A DNA stretch of 64,000 bases from Lobosporangium transversale (Eukaryota), in assembly GCF_002105155.1 (NCBI RefSeq), contig NW_019028991.1, positions 434,001 through 498,000 of the forward strand. Reading direction: 5' to 3'. Below are positions 1-10,973 of this stretch, in pieces (within the stretch, counting starts at the first letter, position 1; every line of letters begins with the position of its first letter). The position numbers and the translations under genes are program-made. A model generated the notes under the pieces. That model was not told where the DNA came from, did not search any database, and saw only the letters and a program-made list of their open reading frames with translations.

Positions 1-272
1 ATCCAAAAAAAAAAAAAAAAAAAAAAATTGTATATATAATAAAAAGTATCAACCATTAGTGTAAATTGTAACAATCAAAGATACATTAAGGTGGATGCAG
101 GATTAAGGAATGGTTTATTAAGTCATAATTTAGTAGGCTATTTATATTGATAATTAACACTGAGTTGCGGCCATGGTGTCTTGTCACCTGGGGTACGCGT
201 GATGGCGGAGCCTTCCCAAAGGTTTGGATCCCAGTACTGTATAACAATTTATATATTAATACATGGTTATCT

Positions 273-1501
<1,229 letters not shown>

Positions 1502-1907
1502 TTTGAAAGTGAGCAAGCAGGAATGAACCTTTGAAAATGCGAATGTGCCGTTATTTTTCTCAGTTTTAGTCAGGGGAGAGGGTAAGTCTACTCTGTGTAT
1601 TGTAGGTTTTATTGTTTTATTGTGTATATGAATGTATGGAGGAATGAAGGCGTGAAATAAAGAAGAAAGAAAGAGATCTTTAGCATGCCATGATGACATT
1701 GTTAAAATTTCGATGGATTTGATGTCAATTCAAATTTCAGGACAAGTGTCGGAGTAAAAGCCACAAAACGGACACATGTCTTGTACGTACAGACATGAAA
1801 CATAATACCCTTAAATGGAAAAAGGACTGGATTTGGCATCATAATCCATTATAGATTAATCCAAACAAAACACTCCCATGGAAGTAACTTCATCCTTATC
1901 GTTATGT

Positions 1908-1912
1908 AAAAA
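1908..1912 (-). terminator. Pol III oligo(T) terminator of tRNA-Glu
   Basis: T5 on the minus strand about 10 nt past the tRNA 3' end. Confidence 0.6.
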
Positions 1913-1921
1913 GAAATGAAG

Positions 1922-1993
1922 TTCCCAATCCGGGGTTCGAACCCGGGCCGCCTCGGTGAAAGCGAGGAATCCTGACCACTGGACCAATTAGGA
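1922..1993 (-). tRNA. tRNA-Glu (anticodon TTC), intronless
   Basis: Reverse complement TCCTAATTGGTCCAGTGGTCAGGATTCCTCGCTTTCACCGAGGCGGCCCGGGTTCGAACCCCGGATTGGGAA folds to a cloverleaf: acceptor TCCTAAT/ATTGGGA, anticodon arm CCTCG-CTTTCAC-CGAGG, T-loop TTCGAAC. Confidence 0.96.
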
Positions 1994-2119
1994 AGCTCTT
2001 TGCTTTTGTGAAAAAATCACTGTCTTAAGAACCGGGGGTTATACTGAGATGCCCTTAAAAACCGCAACGAGACGCAAATACATAGGACACACTGAAGTGT
2101 TGTACCAAGATAAAGGTCT

Positions 2120-3481
2120 AAGCCCAATGGCTGAGTAGTATACTCGTCAGGGCACCCCCCTGTCTAGCCCAGGGGCCGGGTTCGAGTCCTGGTTAAGGCA
2201 CAAAAAGTGAAGCAAACATGTGCCAGGTCAGGGATTTGCTTGAGTTTTTATACTTTCTCTCCGAGACAGCCTAGTGTTCTCCGCAAGCCCAATGGCTGAG
2301 TAGTATACTCGTCAGGGCACCCCCCTGTCTAGCCCAGGGGCCGGGTTCGAGTCCTGGTTAAGGCACATAAAGTGAAGCAAACATGTGCCAGGTCAGGGAT
2401 TTGCTTGAGTTTTTATACTTTCTCTCCGAGACAGCCTAGTGTTCTCCGCTAAGGCTAAGATCGTGGGTGCACTACCCTAAGTCGCCTGGCTGGCCACATG
2501 TCTTAGGTATATATTCCACCCCCCAGCCGAACCAGCGGTACATCTGGCAGCACATCCCCCCATCCACCCACTTGACTAGGACAGCGATGATCACAAAGTT
2601 TGACGGAGTCCAAAATAGAAATTTCAGACCAATTCCGCAAGATTTGGGTCCACATGCCAGTGGATTTGATCGAATAGAAAAAATTAAAAGTCGTCCTTAG
2701 CTAGAGTCGGCACGCCAGCCTCCGCAGCTTTTCACGGGCGCAACAGGCCACATCGGAAGGATGGACTTCGAGTACCGATCACGGTGTACATTGGTAGAGA
2801 AAAACATGGATACGAATTGGCTCTTCACAGCCATCCCGTGCGAACTTTGAGAGTTTCGCTTGTTTCATAGTTGAGGGCGATATCATTACTTTAGAGCGAG
2901 ATTATGAAATAAAATTCCTCACCTCTGTGGGTTCTTGTTAACAGGAAAAAAAAAAAAAAAAAAAAAGCCTAGTGTTCTCCGCTAAGGCTAAGATCGTGGG
3001 TGCACTACCCTAAGTCGCCTGGCTGGCCACATGTCTTAGGTATATATTCCACCCCCCAGCCGAACCAGCGGTACATCTGGCAGCACATCCCCATCCATCC
3101 ACTTGACTAGGACAGCGATGATCACAAAGTTTGACGGAGTCCAAAGTAGAAATTTCAGACCAATCCCGCAAGATTTGGGTCCACATGCCAGTGGATTTGA
3201 TCGAATAAAAAAAAATTAAAGTCGTCCTTAGCTAGTGTCGGTACGCCAGCCTCCGCAGCTTTTCATGGGCGCAGCAGGCCACATCGGAAAGATGGACTTC
3301 GAGTACCGATCACGGTGTACATTGGTGGAGAAATCATGGATACGAATTGGCTCTTCACAGCCATTCCATGCGAATTTGAGAGTTTCGCTCGTTTCATAAG
3401 AATTGATTTAGAGTGAGATTATGAAATTCCTCACCTCTGCGGGTTCTTGTTAACACGAAAAAAAAAAAAAAAAAAAAAAAA
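2120..3481 (+). mobile_element. tRNA-derived SINE, outer (host) copy, interrupted by a second copy
   Basis: tRNA-like head at 2120-2200 (A-box-like TGGCTGAGTAGT, B box GGTTCGAGTCC, T-arm CCGGG/CCTGG). The body resumes at 2983 and ends in a hairpin motif plus poly(A) at about 3457-3481. Confidence 0.8.
2285..2966 (+). mobile_element. tRNA-derived SINE, complete inner copy (~680 bp) with poly(A) tail and 16-bp TSD
   Basis: The head is near-identical to 2120-2284 (one substitution seen) and the body is highly similar to 2983-3456. A21 tail at 2946-2966, flanked by GCCTAGTGTTCTCCGC at 2269-2284 and 2967-2982. Confidence 0.85.
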
Positions 3482-3494
3482 GTGCCTTTTCCTC

Positions 3495-3822
3495 CTTCGG
3501 TAACAATAAGAACTAACAGTAATGGAAAGGCTGGGAGGGTCGTTTTTTGATGATTGAGGACTGCGGCTAGAAGATGACTTTTGTGTACAACAGGCCAAGT
3601 AAGGAGCAGGGCTCGTCACAGGTTCCGTAGGGATCAGGAGTTACCACTCATGCTGACGTGGTTTGTGAATAGGATGTTGTACAGTGAGAGTTCAACAATG
3701 CGGTTAAGACCGATTATTGGAAACCGCTTTATTTGCGTCCCTAGTAATAGTGCAATCCATTTATAAAGCCTATTTCTAATAAATCCTCACGACCTCGTGG
3801 GTCCTAGTTATTAAAAAAAAAA
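3495..3822 (+). mobile_element. 5'-truncated non-LTR retroelement (LINE-like) 3' fragment
   Basis: 3548-3740 is clearly homologous to 7890-8060. Ends in GACCTCGTGGGTCCTAGTTATT plus A10. Flanked by direct repeat GTGCCTTTTCCTC (3482-3494 and 3830-3842), a probable TSD. Confidence 0.65.
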
Positions 3823-3842
3823 TAATCTTGTGCCTTTTCCTC

Positions 3843-4039
3843 TAAGTATCATCCAACCCTCATGGTTTATGGATACAGCGGCTCTTGCCGTTTATGCAGT
3901 AATAGCTATTTATTGGCTATAGTTTCTAGAACATTTTGTTCATAGAGTGCAGAAAATAGATCCCATGACCCTGGAGGTTCTTGTTCGGTTCATGGCCCAG
4001 AGGGTCCTTGTTATCAAAAAAAAAAAAAAAAAAAAAAAA
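3843..4039 (+). mobile_element. Short poly(A)-tailed retroelement 3' remnant with a duplicated 3' hairpin motif
   Basis: ATCCCATGACCCTGGAGGTTCTTGTT...CATGGCCCAGAGGGTCCTTGTTATC followed by A24 (4016-4039). Confidence 0.6.
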
Positions 4040-4263
4040 GCTGAGAGGATTTTGGTTCTTCCTCGGTTATCTTTATATACAGAATGGAAATTTTGCTAGA
4101 CTAAGTCCTCTATGAGTGATGATAGGCGTTGGAATTCGTATCATTACGATCGGTTCTCTGTCTACTCTTTCCCTTCTGCGCTATTCCTTTTTTTTGATAG
4201 CGAAGTTATTTTGGTTGCACAAAATTGACAAAAAAAGGAAACAAACAATTTTTTTACTTCAAC

Positions 4264-6445
4264 ATGATTAAAACGACGAGGATATTGCTTCATCCTCCCG
4301 CGTCGACCCATTGTAATCGAGCCTTCCGCCCTTGAAGCGCACTTGCATCGACCAGCACCTACCTTAACTCACCGTAGAGAGGGTAATCTTGCGCAACCGA
4401 AACTCTTTTATCCGGGCGATGACCCTCACCAGTTTAAACGAATTGCCAGGGATACAACTAACAGAGTTGAGCCAAGCTCGATGCCTTTAGAACCTACCTC
4501 GAAGGAAGTGTGCTGAGTTGGTACGAAGAAAACTTGAAACATTGGGAAACCTATGACGATTTCAAAGTCGGTTTTAAAAAGCGATACAACACCCCATGAA
4601 GCAGGCTGACGCTTGTAGTGCCCTCGCCACCTACCATCAAAAAGACGATGAAACAGCAGACGGATTGATATTAGCCCTGAACTGGCTATTCGTTTCCGCT
4701 TACATCAATGAAAATGCACAGAAGAAAATGACTTTATCCGAGCTCTAAGGGAGGAAACCTCCATGTTCGTCCCAAACCACCATTCCTTGCCAGGGACTTA
4801 TAAGGAGATGTGTGAAGTCACACGTAAGTACGAACAGGCTCGCTCCACCGTAGCCCCTGGGAGGTATCGATATCCAACAGTGTTGAAGAATGAAGAAAAC
4901 CAGATTGAGAGAATCTCCCAATGGATCAATGGATTGTCCATTAATCGTCTGGAAACGGTACGGACCATGAACGAGATGATACAGAATCAACAACGGAACA
5001 CCCAACCCCGGCGCGACGCGTGCCTAGATGAAGAACGAAACCGTTACAGGCGAGAGGGTAGGTGCTTTACGTGTGGAGAGCCGGGTCATCGCTCCTATGA
5101 ATGCCTTAGCGAGAAAACAGACACCTGGCATAGAGCTACCGAGAGTATAAACCCACTAGGACGTAACCCACCAGTAGAAACACACTACCTAGACGGAGCG
5201 GATGAGGGGAACAGCCATGACGAAGAAGACGAAGTGTATGCCGTCGCCCGAGGACAGACTAACCATCATAATAGCCCCTATGCCAGACCCAATGACAAAG
5301 AGAAAGGTAGGAACAGGTTACGGCAGTTAGACCAAGCCCTGAAAGAACTCAGAAGGACCATTGCAATGCCCATCGACTCACCCCGCAGGCGACAACAAAC
5401 CCCGCACCCGACGTCCACCTCGAGAGAAGGTATCTATGAGCCCTCAGTGTCATCACCATCTCTGGACCTGGTTTATCCCCACCACCGTCTCCACCCCGCC
5501 ACGTGGAAACCCCTCTCAAAGCCAACGACGTCAGGATTGAAGCCAGGAGACTCTTTCCGATCGCCTTGAACCATGTATTACAGGAATTGAATGTACGTGA
5601 AATCCTACATCAAACTACTATCCCAATCACGCTGACACACTTATTCTATTATGTCCCCAGCCTGAGGCATGACTGTATTAATTTATTCAAAGGACACACG
5701 AAGAACAAGAGGATTTGAAGTATAAGCAATCGAACGAACCATGAAAGAAGAAGGATTAATCGAGCAAAACCACCATGTTGAGGACATCTCCAGAGATTCA
5801 TTCACCCAACCCGGGGTATTCTGCTCCTGAGAGTCAAAGTCGAGATCAATAGAAAACCCATGCTGGCTATTGTGGACACTGGAGCCGTCTGTAGTGTAAT
5901 TTCCAATGTCACTGCCACCAAATTTAACCTCTATGATAATTCCAACCACAACCAAGATCTGGTCACCACCGACAGGAAACGACACGGAGTAGGTAGAGCC
6001 ATTGGTCACGTTCCCATTAAGATATCATCTATGGCATACGCGGTTGTTTATAATAGATCGGGAGATCTGCTGATTTTCGGGATGAATTGGCTCAAGCAAC
6101 ATCGGATTGTAGTAGACCTAGAGAAAAACCACACGCGCGACGGAAGACATAAAATGGCGTATTTACAGGCCAAAGGTAGAGGAAACGAAGATCACATTAT
6201 GACAATCGAGACGACCGAAGACGAACAGAAATCCATCGACCGCCTATTGAAGAAATACGAACATTTATTTGCGGATTCCATCGCTGATCTGGACGTAAAC
6301 AGAAGGACATCTTCCATTCACCATATCAAAACAAACGATTAAGAGCCAAGCCACATACCACTCTATAGGACCCCCGCCGCATACCGAGCTCAGGCTCAGG
6401 ATGAAATCAAGAGGATACTAGCAAGCAAGGTCGTTAGACACAGCC
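4264..6445 (+). mobile_element. Degenerate Ty3/gypsy LTR retrotransposon internal region (gag, zinc knuckle, aspartic protease, start of RT)
   Basis: Gag-like WYEENLKHWETYDDFKVGFKKRY at about 4520-4590; CX2CX4HX4C knuckle CFTCGEPGHRSYEC in ORF 4763..5569; retropepsin motif AIVDTGAVCSVIS in ORF 5860..6342; pre-RT segment HHIKT...PLYRTP...EIKRILASKVVRHS. Multiple stops and frameshifts; RT core, RNase H and integrase are missing. Confidence 0.9.
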
Positions 6446-7215
6446 TATCAGAGATTTTATCTCTGAAGGAATGGCGTCATTGACTAGGCTACATTTTGCC
6501 CATGCTCCAGTCGCCCAGAACCCCCTCGCTTGTTTACGCGCTATCACCTAGATACACCCTACAGCATTCCGGTAGGTTAGCACGGTTGTGCAAGAGCCAG
6601 GGGCTTACTTCTAATTGAACGACCAAGAGAAGCACATCCACAAGGCCAATCAAAACCACCTGCACAAACGTCAATGACGAAGATGGCAAGAACTGGTAAA
6701 GAAGAGTACAGGAGGGAAAAGTAGAGAAAAAGAACCGATCCTAGTGATACAAGCCCATCATCGTTCATAGAAAACTTAGTCTAGCAAAATCTCCCATCAA
6801 TTCCCACTTCTTCAAAAATTCAGTATATAAAGGTGACCGAGGAAGATCCGAAATTCTCTCAACAAATGCTTAACCCAAGAACAAAGATCCCAGACTTGAA
6901 ATTGATCGAACTACGGCTCAGGAAGAAACTCAAGAACCCAGGGGAAAGAAACTGAGAAGAACTCGGACCAGCTCACTCAAGGCCTGAACGCAAATTATCA
7001 CTCTATCCTACCAAAGCTCCCATTCCACTAAAATTTTGGTTGATTATTTTTGTTGATTAGTTCTCTATCTTTTTTCCTTTCCTATCATCTCTTACACACT
7101 CCACTAGCCCCGCAGAAGGCGACTTTCTGGGTTTTAGGTTCGCCTATCCAGTCTGCTCGCGCTGCTCGCGCCCGTAACGCGACCAGGCGCCTTACGTTCT
7201 GAAAAACCTGTTACA
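6446..7215 (+). repeat. Putative LTR (single copy) abutting the truncated gypsy pol
   Basis: Non-coding, TATA-like TATATAAAG near 6824, ends in CTGTTACA (typical LTR terminus). The start is uncertain and no second copy is in the window. Confidence 0.4.
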
Positions 7216-7316
7216 GATATACTGCTGTGTTATGAACATTATATTTCTATTGACATTCTATAAAAGCACGGCTTATAGTAGTAATAAGTGCAGTGATATT
7301 GGGTGTGCGAACCCTC

Positions 7317-7352
7317 GATCCCATGACCTTGAAGGCTCTTGTTATCAAAAAA
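7317..7352 (+). mobile_element. Retroelement 3'-end remnant (hairpin motif plus short poly(A))
   Basis: GATCCCATGACCTTGAAGGCTCTTGTTATCAAAAAA matches the shared 3' motif. Confidence 0.55.
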
Positions 7353-7719
7353 GTCCTTGACGTAGCCGCAAAGCTTCCAGACTAACAACTGAAGGTTGAC
7401 GGCTCAATTCTCGACGGAGGAGCAAGTTTACTTAAATTTGTGCCAATACCTCGAAGCAGGAAGTCGAACGATAGGGCCCGCTTTATCATCTAAAGGTGAT
7501 GAACCTCTCGAAATACCGCAAAACGACCCTGAAAGAACGGCCGAATGCTAGGCGAACAGACATTAATCCTCGCCATCTACGTTAGTATTATGTACGATAG
7601 AGATACGATAGAGAGAGATCCTTAATGGCTAAAAATGCCAGAAGCATTACTAGAATAAAAAAAATTAGTGCAAGGATCGTATACATATACAACACTTCTG
7701 TAAGCAAACGCGCCAGGGG

Positions 7720-8425
7720 ACGTAACTAAGTTGGAAGGCACAGACGTAGCAGAGGTGAATTCTTTTGATCTCACCAGGGATAGCGATGAATAGTAGGCAT
7801 GAAGGCGATCAGAACTGGTGCAGATCGACGGCTAGCGGCAAGCTACCGACAACAGGTGGAGTTGGCTGTGATGGAGCACCTGGAAAGTTGTGATTGAGGA
7901 CTGCGGCTGAAGGGTGGCCTTTGCACACAACAGGTCAAGTAAGGAGTAGAACCGTGTCACAAGTGCACCAAGGAAGGCTACTCAATGCTGACGTGGTTTA
8001 TGAATAGAGTGCTGCATTGTGGCAGTACGACGACCGGTTATTAGACATCGCTTTATTTACGGATAGCTGTTTTGTAGTGCTGTTCAAGACACATTATCAT
8101 TATAAAATTTCGAGGTGCAAGAGCCATGTTGCATGCACAATTCAGTTTCTAAAAGAAAAGCAATTTAGGGATCGGGTGAGTGAATAAGGTCAGTTATTAA
8201 TTCACGACATTGTGGACGTGACCTGACAGACTGACAGAAAAGAATAAAAGTAATAAATGTCAAAAATGAAAATGAAATTAAGGATCTGATACTAATAAAT
8301 ACTCACAACCTTGGAGCCGCGGTTGTCAAGGGAAAATATGGAACAGAATTGAGCAACCTCATGGAGCCAACGTCTAAATAAATCCTACATGACCTCTTGG
8401 GTCCTTGTTATTAAAGAAAAAAAAA
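7720..8425 (+). mobile_element. Degenerate LINE-like 3' fragment
   Basis: 7890-8060 is homologous to 3548-3740 (both encode MLTWF(V/M)NR). Ends with ATCCTACATGACCTCTTGGGTCCTTGTTATTAAAG plus A9. The 5' boundary is approximate. Confidence 0.6.
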
Positions 8426-8735
8426 GCGCCCCTTACACGTGTATAGAATAGACTTTACGCCTATTAATAGAGCTTGGTCCAAGAGAGTCTAGCAAGCTAA
8501 AAAGCACCAGCTGTTCTCGGTATGAGAAAACAAACATTCGCGGGACAAAAAAGTCTACGCGCCCATTGCAGATACGGCAAATGTGTAGTCTGTTCGCACT
8601 ATATGTGGTGATCATATGGTATTTGTGTATACATATAAACACGAATCTTCCAAAGATCATTCATTTCTTCATCGCAATGAGAAATTCAGAACATTCAATT
8701 CGAGGATGGATAGGGTGTCCTACTGAAAGACTTTC

Positions 8736-8766
<31 letters not shown>

Positions 8767-9639
8767 GGCAAGTTGCACAAGCCGTTTATCCTCAATCTTT
8801 TGGGTGCATTGACAAGAGGCCTTCACCTGGATCGTCTCCTGTTTATGTTCCAGTAATTGATTTGAGTACCACCCTTCAAGCGCTCTCAATTTTCATCTTT
8901 TCATCCTTTTAGTTTTCGTTCGCCATGATTTTAGTTCGTTCCGCCCTTCTTCATATTAATCGTGCTCGGTCGTTTCTTCCTTCCTTTTAGTGTAGACGAC
9001 ATTACGTTCTCTCAACTTAGTCACCTTCAATGAAAGAGGAAGGAATGGGTTTCTGATAAGTAAGAGTGTTGTCCCTTCTCGTCTCTTCGATTCTCTTAAC
9101 CTCTTTCCCCTTCGTTGTGTCTCAAGAGAAATGGCACATCTTCGCTGGATACCTCCCATTCCTCCTCGATTCGCTTCCCCTTGATTTAGTTACTGCCATT
9201 CTTTTTTATAGATGCTCATAGCTCATTCACTCTTACTGTCTCATTACTCGCTCAAAATTCTTTGACAGCTGTCTGTTGTTTGTCTGTCTGGGAGACGTTG
9301 GACTTGGAAGAGCTATGACTCCATTAAAGAGCCCAAATACGGACAAGCATGTTTTGCCGATCAAGTTTCCATTTTTGGTTGCATCCAGGGGGTCTCACAA
9401 ACACTGCTTCTTAGCGTTCTTGTCGCGAACCATTGGTACTCGTCCCGTCCCATACCCTTACAGCTCTTTAAACAGGCATTGTTTGCAACCCAATTTCATC
9501 ATACTCGCATTGCTGCGTTGCAACTTTTACGCCTGTTGCTCAAGGCCGCATCTTCGTCGTCTTTCCCTTTCTACTGGAACGGTTTTCACCTGACCATAAG
9601 CCTCATTGACCTCATCTTGCCCTTCTCAAGAGTGGTACA

Positions 9640-9676
<37 letters not shown>

Positions 9677-9800
9677 CCTTTCTTTGACGTGTGTGAGTTC
9701 TTTTTGTCTCTGATGTAACCGAAGTAGTTTTTGTTCTTTCTTCTTCTTGTCACTTCTTAAAACTCAATTCATCATCCCCTCCTATCTTTTTTTTCCACCT

Positions 9801-9845
9801 CTCCTTCTCCGCCACTCCTTCTCCGCCACTCCTTCTCCGCCACTC
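9801..9845. repeat. 14-bp tandem repeat (CTCCTTCTCCGCCA)x3
   Basis: Directly visible. Confidence 0.9.
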
Positions 9846-10973
9846 TCATTTCGCGCACGCTCATAGGAACCAACCACACTATTGAAGAATCTTTCGCGCA
9901 TAAATCATAATCTAAACAACGGTACTATTATATGTCAGTTATTTACATTTTTATACATTTCTGGATCTTCATCCGACCTTCCATCTCTCTTCTTTTTCTT
10001 CTTTTTACTTTATCTTATTTCAGCACTGTAAAGTTCAGAATTTTATCAATGATGACTAGTGCTTCTTCCTTATTCTTCATTCTCTTAACATGAGCTCACC
10101 TTCTACCGAAGCCCCTTCGTTTCGTACTGAGATATTCCAATTCGTCCGTACTTGAAGCTATTGCATTGATCCAAAACTGCTATGACCCAATGTTAAACAA
10201 AGGCATAATTGTTTCTTTCCTAAACAAGGTTGTCACTTACAATGTTGCCAAAACCATGGCAATAGAAGGGCATACATGCGCCAAACACCAGACGGCACAC
10301 AAATAAAAAGGAAAGAAAGAAAAGGGCTTTTCAGCAGGATACTTTTCATTTTTACTTACATACCCTCATACACACCTCATCTTGTTTTTCGTCTCAAGAT
10401 GGGCGGGTATCTTTTATTTGTTGTGCTGGACAATTTCTTGTGTGTGCACAGAACGCACGGTGACAGTCTTGCTCTTTGCGCACAGGCAGCGTTTGAAAAT
10501 CTGGGTTGAGCATCGAGAAGAAACGGGACCCTCAATTAGAAAAAATTGTGCATGCGCAGATCAACCTGCCCTTGCATCTCAGAATGTACCTGCACATTCA
10601 TAAATGAATACAAACATACAACATGCATTCGTTCATGCACACTTTTTTTAAACTTTCAAATCACAAGTCACTCATGAATGTCCAAAGAGCTTGGATCTAA
10701 CAATGAAGATCTTGCTGTCTTAGTTAATTTTTCATGAAATAGCTCGTGCCTACCCGCCTTTTTTATTTTCGGTACTCGTCTGTTTCGAATCTTAAGCCGC
10801 ATTTAGAATTTCAAGTACGAGTTTCCAACGTCGTCCAGACAAAATTCTTCTGTCCCTTCAATCCTTGAGATTATTAGATCTATCTTCTTTGTCATTTTTC
10901 ACGCCGAAGTTCGTGATAGGCAGCTTGTACACTTCCTGAGATACAGATTATAATATTTTTGTCAATAAATCCA

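Noticed and set aside
2121..2200. Functional tRNA (Leu-TAG, amber suppressor CTA, or tRNA-Sec because of CTGTCTAGC)
   Set aside because: The acceptor stem pairs poorly, there is no canonical U33 anticodon loop or TCA anticodon, and no variable region. It sits at the 5' end of a poly(A)-tailed, TSD-flanked repeat, so a SINE head fits better.
2120..2449. Simple 165-bp tandem duplication followed by a separate ~515-bp duplication
   Set aside because: A single nested insertion with a 16-bp TSD explains both junctions.
2709..2785. HDV-like ribozyme (CCAGCCTCC...GCAACA similarity)
   Set aside because: I could not build the P1/P1.1/P2/P3 nested pseudoknot; the similarity is short and probably chance.
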